Assembly: GCA_937888635.1 (NCBI GenBank)
Contig: CALARG010000004.1
Location: 7,193 to 71,192, forward strand
Reading direction: 5' to 3'
Source of the DNA: an uncultured Alphaproteobacteria bacterium
Lineage (GTDB): Bacteria; Pseudomonadota; Alphaproteobacteria; Rs-D84
Length of the DNA: 64,000 bases
The position numbers and the translations under genes are program-made. Each line of letters begins with the position of its first letter. Position 1 is the stretch's first letter. The notes beneath the pieces were generated by a model that did no database searches, was not told the DNA's origin, and was given only the letters and a program-made list of their open reading frames with translations. Below are positions 30,601-39,599 of the stretch, piece by piece.

Positions 30601-33600
30601 TGTAGCATAACACCCGATGGATATTACAACAACGAGCCCGGCGCAACAGAGCCACTGCCGTGTCCCGCAGGGCAATGGTCGGTGGCGCAATCTAAATCAT
30701 GTACGACCTTGCCTGCTGGATACTGGAATAATGGTTGTGGTACTGATAACAAGGGTTCTGTACGTGAAGGTTATCTGGGTGGCGAGATTGCTGCGGGTTA
30801 TTGGGGCGAAGCTGGTGCGACAACTGCAACGGGTTCTGGTATGGTTAATGCAGGTTACTGGAACGATGGTTGTGGTATAAATGCAACAGGTGGCGTTTGC
30901 GACACAACCCATAAGGGTGGCCAGGTAAATGCCGGATACTATAACCTGGGTGGTGGTACATCGCCAACACCAGAGGTTCGCGGAAAAGGTTGCGCAAATG
31001 TCAGCACCACGCAATGTGGTACGGTTGCACCAGGCTATTGGGGGGCTGCGGGTGCAACACAATATGGGGGCTCTGGGGCCGTTGCGCCGGGATATTTTTC
31101 AACAGGTGGTGCAACATCCAGAACACCAAGTGCAAGTGATTGCGCCGGCAAGGTTGCGATTATAGAAAATGGCAAGCTGATGGGTGCATCTGATGTTAAT
31201 AACACATGTGGACAGGTTCAGGCCGGATACTGGAACAATGCATGTGGTATTAATGCAACTGGTGGTGTGTGCAGCACTAGTTACCAAGGTGGTATAATCG
31301 CAGCTGGATATTGGGGAACGGTGGGCGCAACGGACAGTGTTGGCTCAGGGCGCATTGCCCCAGGATATTATTCAACCGGTGGTGCAACAATTGAGTATCC
31401 AGATCCAAATCAGTGCGTTGGTAATAATACATGTGGTGCAATTGCGGCAGGATATTGGAATAATGGTGGTGGTACACTGGCCGCGCCAACGGCCCCAGGC
31501 AATGGGTGCCACAGTGATAAATCGTGTGGCACGGTTAACGGCGGATACTATTCAACTGGTGGTGGTACATCCGCAACGCCAACAGCCGCAAGTAATGGAT
31601 GTTTGGCTAATAAGTCTTGTGGTAAATTAAGTGCGATATACTATTCAAATGGTGGCAGCACATCTGATGGTGCGACATGTGTTAGTGGTAAAACATGCGG
31701 TACATGTAATGCAAATTATCGTGCAAATACCACAACAGGTAAGACATCCGCAAGCCAGTGTCAGGCATCTTGTGCGGCAGGCACGCGTGTTGCAACAGTG
31801 AATGCAGCATGTACATCGCCGGCGGGCGGATGGTTTAGTGCGGCCCATCTGGTAAATTATGGTCAGATATCACCGGTAAATTACTGTATGTCTGGTTATA
31901 CATCAGCCAGCACATCGGCCAGTGGTCACGATGCAAAATCTGATTGTGTCCAGACGGTTGCAGGTGGTAAATATGTGCCGTCGTCAAAGATTAATGCACG
32001 GTATATTAAGATTACATCTGATGGCAGTGTTAGTGTAAGCGGTTCTACAAATCCAAGTACACACTTGCTAGAAATGCAGGCGTTTGCATCCAGTGATGGT
32101 ACAGGCACAAATCTGCTGTCAGGTAAAGGAGCGGTTGCAGGTGATAAGATGTCTGCGGTGACAAATGGCAACTGGACACGTGGCGATGGGTATTCCTATG
32201 GCGAAGGGTCACCAATGATATTGGATTTAGGTTCTGTTCAGGCGTTGGGCAGTTTGAAGTTTGCGATGTATACTGATGGTCGTGAATATCAGAATGTTGC
32301 AATTGCGGTGTCTGAAGATAACACGACATATACAACAGTGTTTACAGCGAATAAACTGTTAACCCAGAATACAACCACCCCAACAGGCGAACTGGTTGTA
32401 TTAAGTGCAGCACCAAAATCATGTGCGGCCGGTACATCTAAGGCATCAGGTACGGTTGCGTTGGGCAACACAACGACATGCGGTACATGTGCAAACTGGA
32501 CATATTCTGGTGCGGGTGCGGCATCATGTACCGCCTGTCCAGCGGTAGAGTCTGGTTATGCAAAACTGGACAGCACAGGTACAGGATGGACGACATATCA
32601 GAAGTGTGTTGAAATTGCGACTGCATCGCCAGCAAACTGTAAGTCTGGTAAATTGCAGAAGATTCCAACTGCATCTGGTGCAACGACATGGGCAACAGCA
32701 ACAGTTAATGCGAATAATCCGTTGAATGCAAATCCGGGATATATCGTAAGTGGCACAATGTGCTCACAATGTACTGGTGCGACCTACTCTGCTGGTGGCA
32801 GTGCAACATCGTGTTCGGCCTGTGATCCAAATTATCAGGCGGATACCACTGCAGGTAAATCGGCTGCAACTCAGTGCCAGATTTCATGTGCGCCTGGTAC
32901 AGCAGTTGTAGAAAAGAACAAGGCATGTGCAGTGCTGTCAGGTGGTAAGTATAAGACGGGCACGGCATTGGTAAAATATGGTTCGTTATCGCCAACCGCA
33001 ACTGATAAAACATCAGGATGGGCGGTGGATACAGTGTATAGTTGCCCAAGCAGCTATGGCATTAGTGGCACAGCGGCGGCCAATCATGATGCACGCACGG
33101 ATTGCACTATTAGCTGTCCGGCGGGAACCCAGGTTGCAAGTACGAACGCAACATGCACAACACCAAGTGGCACAACATGGTACACATCTGGACACAGTGT
33201 TGCGGCGGGCTCAACATCTGGAACAAATGTAAAAAGCTGTAATTCTGGTTATACGACGCCGAATACAACAACACAATCTGATCACGACGCGGCAGCGGAT
33301 TGTAAGATTAGTTGTGATGCTGGATACTATGTTCCAAATGCAGGTCAAGGATGTAAGATTTGTGCGCCGGGTAAGTATTGTGAGGCTGTGTCAGATATTG
33401 ATCAGACAAAGATATCGGCTGTGACCGGCGATGTGACGGCGGGATACTATTCCAGTGCGGGCGGTACATCGGCAACGGGTACATGTTTGTCTGGCAATTC
33501 TTGTGGCAGTTGTTCAACCGGAACAGGTTCTAATGGGCGTCTGTTGTATTCAAATGCTGGGGCGGCATCATGTTCGGAATGTCCAGCGGCAACAGGCACA

Positions 33601-36600
33601 TTGGCCAGCCGTGTGACGGGGTATAGTGGATGGTGGTCAAATAATATCCATAACAAAATTGGTGGGTGCTATGCGAATTTCTCTGACAGTGATGATACTG
33701 CAACATACCGAACAATGTGTTATTACAACGCAACAGATGGCACATATGGTGGCGAAAACAGCAGTTGTCAGTTCTATGCCCCAACGGCATGCAGTGGCGG
33801 ATACTATTCAGTTATTGATAAAACATCTGAATGGAGCACGTATGGATATGCGTACTGTAAGGGTGTGGATTGCATGAAGGGTAAGGTTTGTGGTCTGACC
33901 GATGCTGGTTCATACAGTCCAGATGGCGCAACAACACAGACCAAGTGTGTAATGGGTTCGTATACCGACACAACAGGTCAAAGCGCATGTAAGGCATGTG
34001 CAGGTGGCAAGACAAACAGCGCAGATGGTGCAACATCGTGTACAGCAACCTGCTCTAATGCGACGGGTGTGACAGGTTGGGAAACACCGGTTTGGGACAA
34101 CACAACCAACAAGATGACCAATTTGTGCACGGTTAAGGCAACAGCGGGCTGTTCGGCAAATTATTACAAGAACAGCAATGCGTGCACTGCATGCCCAAGT
34201 GCGACCTATCCATATAGTGTGGCAGGCGCAACAGCACAAACACAGTGCTATGCAAATGTGACATTGAACAAGAATGGATTTAGTGGTTCTATTGCGGCTG
34301 GTTTGGGCACAGGGTGCAAGGTTGTATCTGCTGCGACAGGTACAAATAATGCGACACTGCAGGTGTATTACAATACAGAATGTACATTGCCAACAATCAG
34401 CGGATTTACCCAGACGGGTTATACTGCGGCCAGCGGTTGGGCATCTGTGAATACGATTGGTGCAAGTGCAGTGACCAAGTTGCCGGCATCAACATCAAAA
34501 CCTGCGGCGACATATTATGCGCGCAAGACAACATGTGGTGCAGATTACTATAAGAAAGATGCAACGACATGCAGCACATGTGCAAGTGGTACGGATGGCA
34601 ACTATACCAAGTCTGCAGCAGGCACGGCCAGTGATGTGAATGTATGTTATCTGAATACAACGGCCAAGAACTTTGTTAAGACACCGGGCGCAGGTCAAAC
34701 AACATGTGAGAAAGGCAACTATTGCCCAGGTTCGGTCAAGGTGTATTATGGCGGAACAGCATCTGATACACACCCAACAACCGGTGGCAGTACACAATGT
34801 CCGGCAAACAGCTATTGCGTGGCGGGTGTAAGCGAACCAGTTGCGTGTTCAACACTGGGTGGTGGTTTGTATAAGAACAGTACAGCAGGTGCAAGCGCGG
34901 CAGAAGATTGCAACTTTACAACAACGGCGGGTAAGTACATGGTTGCGAATACCGATACTGCACAGACAACATGCCCAGCCAAACAGTACTGCACAGCAGA
35001 AACGCTGAACTGGCCAAATGTCAGTGTGCTGAACGACGGCGGTTGGAATGACTGTCCAGATGCAGCAACGCATAAACGTACATCGTTCCCTGCGGATTAC
35101 TATAGCCCGACGTTTGCAAGCACCAGTGTGACAAGTTCTACAGGTAAAGGATCTATAAGTGGGTGCCAGGTATTAAACTGGTTGGATTCAGCAACGCATG
35201 GTGGATTATACGAATATGTGAACTATAATCCAAACTCTGGCAAGTATGATACAACATACACATACAGATGGCATAGTGCAAAGCCTGGTTATTATCTGAC
35301 TGATAAAAATGGTTGTGGAGGATATGCATATTATCAGACCATCAAAGAATGCGAGCCAGGTTCGTACTGTCCGGGTAAAAACAAGGTTTCATGTAATAAA
35401 GATAACCAGGCAACGGTTCATACGGATACATTTGGTATATATTCGTGTTCGGCGGATACAGATGGCAACTATGAACTGTCATCTGGTGGGGTGGCGGCGA
35501 ACAGCATTAACAAATGCTATCTTGTGACCGATGTTGGTGATTGGGTGGCCACAGCGAACGCAGCCCAGACAGATTGTCAGGCAGATGGTTGGTGTCCTGG
35601 TAATGCGACCGTGTACTATGGCAGTACCGGTGGACGCACAGCATGTGTGGCACCATATGGATTGGCCGCAGCGGGGTCAGATGATGCGAATGATTGCTAT
35701 CTGAAGACCACGGCGGGACAGTATGTTGAGACCGCGGGCGCAGGTCAGACAGTATGCCCGGCAGGATACTGGTGCGTTGGTAAAGTCACCATATATAAGG
35801 GCGGTTCGGTCACCGGTCGCAGCACAAAGGGTGGCAGTGAACAATGCCCCGCCGGTTATCGTGATGGCACAACAGGATACAGTTTACAGTCACAGTGCAC
35901 AATGAATGTTCTGGGCGGTAAGTATGTTAAAGTTGTCAACGAAAGCAGTGCCAGTGGTACATGCGATTTAGGAACATATAAACCTGCACACCCGGTCACA
36001 TATGGCAAGACATCCAGCTGTATTCCTTGTCCGAATGCAACATATGCAGCACAGGAAGGCATGAGCGCATGTGAAGCATGTCCGACGGCAACAAAGTATG
36101 CGGATAAGGTTGTGTCGTATGGATCAAACAAAAAAGCGCGTTCAGGGTGTTATGCCAGATTTGAAGATACAGTAAAAAACGGCGAAACAACGTATTTTAG
36201 TTGTTATCTGCGGTCTGGTGATGATTATGGAACACTGACCAGTGGTAATAATTGTTGGACGCATGGGGCGCGCACAAAGTGTGACGCAGGGTATTATTCA
36301 CCGGTTGTACCAAACGCCCAATATGATGAAATGTGGTACATGAATTATTCAACAGTTGTTAATAATTTGTGTATGCCAGTAGAATCTGGATACTGGTCGG
36401 GGGCGGACAGCCTGACCCGTACGGCGTGCGAAACAGGCCTGGTGACATGTGGTGCGGGGTTGTGCGCGAACGAGGCCGGCGACTGTGGACGCAAGTTGCA
36501 TGCAGGTGATAATGTAATCTATCTGCGCAGCCAAAAGCGTACGACACCATCGCTGAATGTGAAAATTGGTGATAAGATGTTCTATGGAAACCTGGGGGAT

Positions 36601-36669
36601 GTTATTGCGAACAGTCTGCGGGTTAAGAATGGAACAAAGAATTACTCGGTTGTTAATGATAACCAATAG
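27661..36669 (+). CDS. Giant secreted Cys-rich repeat protein, paralog of 5794..12921 (about 3000 aa): ephrin-receptor-like Cys repeats, two discoidin-like (F5/8 type C) domains, Gly/Tyr/Trp-rich repeats, Cys-rich modules
   Basis: The likely start is ATG 27661 (AAGTGGGAAGA ATG; signal peptide MSRFLRFYAFLSVLFFTGNLMAAG); the ORF track starts at 27601. There are CxxCPAGxYCPG repeats. Discoidin-like segments are ARYIRISSETGVFPLAEVQAYNN... (about nt 28380-28740) and ARYIKITSDG...LLEMQAFAS... (about nt 31985-32350). A block of about 230 aa is near-identical to gene 1. The same 3' flank and terminator motif as gene 1 are present. Confidence 0.8.
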   Translation: MSRFLRFYAFLSVLFFTGNLMAAGYTCSTTARYTSCKEGYYMSDCGSTAANWTGQTVDATNGNTCIACPDGYACEGDNVCPVRNGINCAAGTYIKANTTTCTACPAGNYCPGITTDSVTSTSSDRGITQCPAGSYCPAGSSNPKSCPTNYGNSAAGSDAASDCYATCGVGAVVTAPMTPCVTPAGAWYSPSAHNVYYGKISPIGYCQYGSDSRNGVTSLHDQGADCLVTVPAGYSSAVTTSTARYIRISSETGVFPLAEVQAYNNSLGQLSLALGSSVTNGVNALDGSLATQAGVTTESAVGAYAIFDLGSAKTITNIKFALGNVTSGYNIVIAISSDKSNWTTVFNQTVFGVSVLPGVLQNVPLNTRTNTKCTAGTYHGSTTVAATNGVTCSECPAAVCNGETNCASGFSTHRNTYPANYHSDDNLKLVKAWFATSSNTGNTSIEECKLSYTYTNNRGTFNQDSVRYQSSTGRYDGVGGSVYYTVLNPGYYGSGKMPDGYCDTDTNTRRHYYQDAVLCPAGKYCSGYTQMPLCSSGTYNDTMGIDGLLSGGYFSTGGATKAAPTSADCVGVVGADIWSSSVSPVKNVCGQLLPGYYSIEGAILPAPGELGAKNTAALGFSIDYLNQGLDSVRAGCLGSDKCGMVAAGYFSSGAATYPRPSSTGCVSGTCGICPAGAYSAAGATSCTACPALGGSNWTWNMSQGAGSLSACKRKGVPDGCSAGTVTDTATSATTWGNRVLNEWAAPGNTQIFAQRGYQIDVTNLKCTICPNGHYSGGYTSSCAPVNAGYYATGAATSPAPSSSEDCVTGTCGKVQKNCYGASGATSACPNKCSDLAYGTYPQSDEGADSPNKCFTSGSAMGGGYIATAGGPRRDCPLGTYKEYHTVYYGQTSRCTVCPSGTTTATQGAHNTSSASCSAECTNADGVYEWQMPELSSDGGTVLKLCQAASCKAGNALGTTSQCNECPAGHYQPVDGYSDSICSITPDGYYNNEPGATEPLPCPAGQWSVAQSKSCTTLPAGYWNNGCGTDNKGSVREGYLGGEIAAGYWGEAGATTATGSGMVNAGYWNDGCGINATGGVCDTTHKGGQVNAGYYNLGGGTSPTPEVRGKGCANVSTTQCGTVAPGYWGAAGATQYGGSGAVAPGYFSTGGATSRTPSASDCAGKVAIIENGKLMGASDVNNTCGQVQAGYWNNACGINATGGVCSTSYQGGIIAAGYWGTVGATDSVGSGRIAPGYYSTGGATIEYPDPNQCVGNNTCGAIAAGYWNNGGGTLAAPTAPGNGCHSDKSCGTVNGGYYSTGGGTSATPTAASNGCLANKSCGKLSAIYYSNGGSTSDGATCVSGKTCGTCNANYRANTTTGKTSASQCQASCAAGTRVATVNAACTSPAGGWFSAAHLVNYGQISPVNYCMSGYTSASTSASGHDAKSDCVQTVAGGKYVPSSKINARYIKITSDGSVSVSGSTNPSTHLLEMQAFASSDGTGTNLLSGKGAVAGDKMSAVTNGNWTRGDGYSYGEGSPMILDLGSVQALGSLKFAMYTDGREYQNVAIAVSEDNTTYTTVFTANKLLTQNTTTPTGELVVLSAAPKSCAAGTSKASGTVALGNTTTCGTCANWTYSGAGAASCTACPAVESGYAKLDSTGTGWTTYQKCVEIATASPANCKSGKLQKIPTASGATTWATATVNANNPLNANPGYIVSGTMCSQCTGATYSAGGSATSCSACDPNYQADTTAGKSAATQCQISCAPGTAVVEKNKACAVLSGGKYKTGTALVKYGSLSPTATDKTSGWAVDTVYSCPSSYGISGTAAANHDARTDCTISCPAGTQVASTNATCTTPSGTTWYTSGHSVAAGSTSGTNVKSCNSGYTTPNTTTQSDHDAAADCKISCDAGYYVPNAGQGCKICAPGKYCEAVSDIDQTKISAVTGDVTAGYYSSAGGTSATGTCLSGNSCGSCSTGTGSNGRLLYSNAGAASCSECPAATGTLASRVTGYSGWWSNNIHNKIGGCYANFSDSDDTATYRTMCYYNATDGTYGGENSSCQFYAPTACSGGYYSVIDKTSEWSTYGYAYCKGVDCMKGKVCGLTDAGSYSPDGATTQTKCVMGSYTDTTGQSACKACAGGKTNSADGATSCTATCSNATGVTGWETPVWDNTTNKMTNLCTVKATAGCSANYYKNSNACTACPSATYPYSVAGATAQTQCYANVTLNKNGFSGSIAAGLGTGCKVVSAATGTNNATLQVYYNTECTLPTISGFTQTGYTAASGWASVNTIGASAVTKLPASTSKPAATYYARKTTCGADYYKKDATTCSTCASGTDGNYTKSAAGTASDVNVCYLNTTAKNFVKTPGAGQTTCEKGNYCPGSVKVYYGGTASDTHPTTGGSTQCPANSYCVAGVSEPVACSTLGGGLYKNSTAGASAAEDCNFTTTAGKYMVANTDTAQTTCPAKQYCTAETLNWPNVSVLNDGGWNDCPDAATHKRTSFPADYYSPTFASTSVTSSTGKGSISGCQVLNWLDSATHGGLYEYVNYNPNSGKYDTTYTYRWHSAKPGYYLTDKNGCGGYAYYQTIKECEPGSYCPGKNKVSCNKDNQATVHTDTFGIYSCSADTDGNYELSSGGVAANSINKCYLVTDVGDWVATANAAQTDCQADGWCPGNATVYYGSTGGRTACVAPYGLAAAGSDDANDCYLKTTAGQYVETAGAGQTVCPAGYWCVGKVTIYKGGSVTGRSTKGGSEQCPAGYRDGTTGYSLQSQCTMNVLGGKYVKVVNESSASGTCDLGTYKPAHPVTYGKTSSCIPCPNATYAAQEGMSACEACPTATKYADKVVSYGSNKKARSGCYARFEDTVKNGETTYFSCYLRSGDDYGTLTSGNNCWTHGARTKCDAGYYSPVVPNAQYDEMWYMNYSTVVNNLCMPVESGYWSGADSLTRTACETGLVTCGAGLCANEAGDCGRKLHAGDNVIYLRSQKRTTPSLNVKIGDKMFYGNLGDVIANSLRVKNGTKNYSVVNDNQ

Positions 36670-36693
36670 TTCGGCAAATCAAGGAAGGAAAAA

Positions 36694-36718
36694 TCCCGCC
36701 CATGTGGCGGGGTTTTTA
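36694..36718 (+). terminator. Rho-independent terminator after giant gene 2
   Basis: cccgcccatgtggcggg hairpin plus a T-run, preceded by the aatcaaggaaggaaaaa motif shared with the gene 1 3' flank. Confidence 0.75.
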
Positions 36719-37060
36719 GTGGTTAGTGTTGGTCCCTGCGGGGCAATGGATACCCACCTGTGTGGGTATGACGGACTTATTTTTACTGTGATAAATAAAA
36801 GTTTATATTAGTGGTTAGTGTAAGTTGTAAGTGGTTAGTGGTGGAAATAAATTAAGAATCTTCGTCATTCCCGCGAATGCGGGAATCCACTGCGTCGCAG
36901 ACATTTTCTTACTTGTCCCTGCGGGGCAATGGATACCCACCTGCGTGGGTATGACGGAGGGTGCGCGTTGCGCACGGTTTGGGGACCCTGTTCCCGCCTT
37001 CGCGGGAATGACAAAGGGGGGGCGTGGTTTGTGCCCTGCCCGTGTTTAGGGATAAATTTA
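36716..37060. repeat. Intergenic palindromic repeat locus (modules A, B x2, C x2, D)
   Basis: Module B occurs twice: tccctgcggggcaatggatacccacctgtgtgggtatgacgga at 36729-36771 and tccctgcggggcaatggatacccacctgcgtgggtatgacgga at 36907-36949. Its stem is atacccac/gtgggtat, versus ataccggc/gccggtat at 25039-25058, which is a compensatory change. Module C hairpins are attcccgcgaatgcgggaat and ttcccgccttcgcgggaa. Module D is gataaataaaagtttat, and the GT-rich module A is also present. Confidence 0.8.
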
Positions 37061-37145
37061 TTTAAGAAAATGTGTCTATTGCCACTTGAAATCATTTTCT
37101 GGTTAACTATATGGTGGGTAAGCAAAAATTTAAGGAGTATGAAAA

Positions 37146-39041
37146 ATGGGAAAAGTTATTGGTATTGATTTAGGAACAACTAATTCCGCCATGGCATTTA
37201 TGGACGGAACAGATCCAAAAATTATTGAAAATGCCGAAGGACAACGCACAACACCGTCTGTTGTTGCATTAACCAGTGGTGGTGAACAGTTGGTCGGTAT
37301 TACCGCAAAAAACCAGGCAGTGACAAATCCTGAAAATACAATTTATGAAATTAAACGACTGATGGGGTTGCGCTTTGACAGCCCTGCGGTCAAGGAAATT
37401 GCTGCGCGCGTTCCATACAAAATTGTTGCCGGGGAAAATGGTGACGCATGGGTTGAAATGGATGGTAAAAAATATGCCCCTTCACAGATTTCTGCAATGA
37501 TTTTAGCAAAACTGAAAAAAGACGCGGAAAGTTATTTGGGCGAAACAGTGACCGATGCAGTTATCACGGTTCCTGCGTACTTTAACGATTCACAACGCCA
37601 GGCAACAAAAGACGCAGGGCGTATTGCAGGGCTGAATGTGTTGCGTATCGTAAATGAACCAACCGCCGCGGCGTTGGCATATGGCCTGGACAAGGGTAAA
37701 GACGGCGTTATTGCAGTATACGACTTGGGTGGTGGTACATTTGACGTGTCCATCTTGGAAATTGTAGATGGCGTGTTTGAAGTAAAATCAACAAACGGTG
37801 ATACGGCGTTGGGTGGTTCAGACTTTGACGCGCGTATCTTGGAACACTTAATCGCAGAATTTAAAGCCCAGACGGGAATTGACCTGACCGGTGATAAATT
37901 AGCATTACAGCGTTTAAAAGAAGCCGCAGAAAAAGCCAAGATTGAATTGTCTTCTAAGACATCAACTGATATTAACCTGCCTTATTTAACGGCAGATGCA
38001 ACGGGGCCAAAGCACTTTAACACAACATTGACACGCGCAAAGTTGGAATCGCTGGTTGCGGATTTGATTGAACGCACAATTGAACCATGCAAAAAGGCCT
38101 TGAAAGATGCAGGTTTGGAAAAATCACAGATTAACGAAGTTATCTTGGTCGGTGGTCAGACACGCATGCCAAAGGTTGCAGAAACAGTAAAAGAATTCTT
38201 TGGTCGCGAACCACACAAGGGTGTTAACCCAGACGAAGTTGTCGGTATGGGCGCAGCCATTCAGGGTGGTGTTTTAAAAGGCGATGTAAAAGATGTTCTG
38301 TTGTTGGATGTGACACCTTTGTCTTTGGGTATTGAAACATTGGGCGGTGTGTTTACACGACTGATTGACCGCAACACAACAATTCCAACCAAGAAATCAC
38401 AGGTGTTTAGTACCGCAGAAGATAACCAGTCAGCCGTGACAATTCGCGTATTCCAGGGCGAACGCGATATGGCGGCAGACAATAAATTGCTGGGGCAATT
38501 TAACCTGGAAGGGATTGCACCTGCCCCACGCGGTATGCCACAGATTGAAGTGTCTTTTGATATTGACGCAAACGGCATTGTTCATGTGTCTGCAAAAGAT
38601 AAAGGCACCGGCAAAGAACAGGCGATTTCTATTAAGTCTGATGGTGGGTTGAGCGAGGAAGAAATCAAACGCATGGTTGATGAAGCCGCACAAAATGCCG
38701 AAGCAGACAAAAAGAAACGCGAATTAGCCGAAGCGAGAAACACTGCGGAAACGGCCGTGTTCAGTATTGAAAAATCACTGAAAGAACATGGTGATAAAAT
38801 TAGCGAAGAAGAAAAGAAAGCGATTGAAGATGCTAAGAAAGAATTGGCCGACGAATTGGCCAAGGTTGAGGCAACAGCAGAATCGCTGAAAGAAAAGACA
38901 GATGCGTTAACAGAAAAAGCCATGAAGTTAGGCGAAGCGGTATATAAAGCCGCCCAGGCAGAACAACAGGCAAACAGCGAAGCCGGCGACAAGAAAAATG
39001 ACGACGGTACAGTTGATGCAGACTTTTCTGAAAAGAAATAA
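37146..39041 (+). CDS. dnaK: Molecular chaperone DnaK (Hsp70)
   Basis: Hsp70 signatures [16 protein letters not shown] and VGGQTRMP; 631 aa. There is no adjacent grpE or dnaJ. Confidence 0.97.
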   Translation: MGKVIGIDLGTTNSAMAFMDGTDPKIIENAEGQRTTPSVVALTSGGEQLVGITAKNQAVTNPENTIYEIKRLMGLRFDSPAVKEIAARVPYKIVAGENGDAWVEMDGKKYAPSQISAMILAKLKKDAESYLGETVTDAVITVPAYFNDSQRQATKDAGRIAGLNVLRIVNEPTAAALAYGLDKGKDGVIAVYDLGGGTFDVSILEIVDGVFEVKSTNGDTALGGSDFDARILEHLIAEFKAQTGIDLTGDKLALQRLKEAAEKAKIELSSKTSTDINLPYLTADATGPKHFNTTLTRAKLESLVADLIERTIEPCKKALKDAGLEKSQINEVILVGGQTRMPKVAETVKEFFGREPHKGVNPDEVVGMGAAIQGGVLKGDVKDVLLLDVTPLSLGIETLGGVFTRLIDRNTTIPTKKSQVFSTAEDNQSAVTIRVFQGERDMAADNKLLGQFNLEGIAPAPRGMPQIEVSFDIDANGIVHVSAKDKGTGKEQAISIKSDGGLSEEEIKRMVDEAAQNAEADKKKRELAEARNTAETAVFSIEKSLKEHGDKISEEEKKAIEDAKKELADELAKVEATAESLKEKTDALTEKAMKLGEAVYKAAQAEQQANSEAGDKKNDDGTVDADFSEKK

Positions 39042-39043
39042 AA

Positions 39044-39070
39044 ATAATCCCCCGTTTGGGGGATTTTTAT
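39044..39070. terminator. Bidirectional rho-independent terminator between dnaK (+) and the phosphoesterase gene (-)
   Basis: atcccccgtttgggggat hairpin flanked by A- and T-runs. Confidence 0.7.
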
Positions 39071-39594
39071 TAGCGTGAAAATTTGCGCGATTGGGTAATA
39101 AATGGATTAACCAATGGCACAGGTCGGTAATCCGTTTTTTCAACACATACATTTATGCAATGCGCGTGGTCTGGGAAATCATAATCTTGGATATGAATAT
39201 GACCATGAATATTCGCAATGTTTGGCAGGTTGCCAAATTCTGGCAATGGTTCGTGCGACAGCATGATATAATTTTCTGCATCATATATCGGATGTGAATA
39301 AACGCGATCAAACCCGGCCGACAGCCACCAGTGTTCTGAATGCCCGCGGTCGTGATTGCCCATAATCAGATATTTGCGGCCACGCATCTGTTGCAGAATC
39401 TTTTTTACTTTATCGGGGGTCGCACCATACATAATGTCGCCCAGCCAATAGCATATATCTTGTTTGGAAATGACAGAATTATAATTTTCTATCAATTTTG
39501 CGTTCATTTCGGCAATGTTTGCAAATGGACGATTGCCATTTCTGATGATAGATTCAGAATCAAAATGCGGATCCGAGAATACAAATTTTGCCAT
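39070..39594 (-). CDS. Calcineurin-like metallophosphoesterase (about 174 aa)
   Basis: Start set to the ATG at 39592-39594 (complement; MAKFVFSDPHF...); the ORF track extends upstream to 39669. Canonical MPE motifs are present: SDPHF (DxH), LGDIM (GD), MGNHD (GNHD) and HGHIH (GHxH). It lies 5 nt downstream of the stop of the NTase gene, so the two are translationally coupled. Confidence 0.75.
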   Translation of the reverse strand: MAKFVFSDPHFDSESIIRNGNRPFANIAEMNAKLIENYNSVISKQDICYWLGDIMYGATPDKVKKILQQMRGRKYLIMGNHDRGHSEHWWLSAGFDRVYSHPIYDAENYIMLSHEPLPEFGNLPNIANIHGHIHIQDYDFPDHAHCINVCVEKTDYRPVPLVNPFITQSRKFSR

Positions 39595-39599
39595 GTGTA

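Noticed and set aside
29042-36666. Overlapping small ORFs throughout giant gene 2 on both strands
   Set aside because: Same reasoning as for gene 1. They are shadow ORFs produced by the compositional bias of the repeat-rich coding sequence.
5794-36669. Classifying the giant proteins as RTX toxins or autotransporters
   Set aside because: They have no GGxGxDxUx nonapeptide repeats. No C-terminal beta-barrel-like alternating hydrophobic pattern ends in an aromatic residue, and no passenger-type beta-helix repeats are present. The domain content fits Cys-rich adhesin-like modules instead.
38261-38992. Minus-strand ORFs inside dnaK
   Set aside because: Antisense shadow ORFs; dnaK is intact and canonical.
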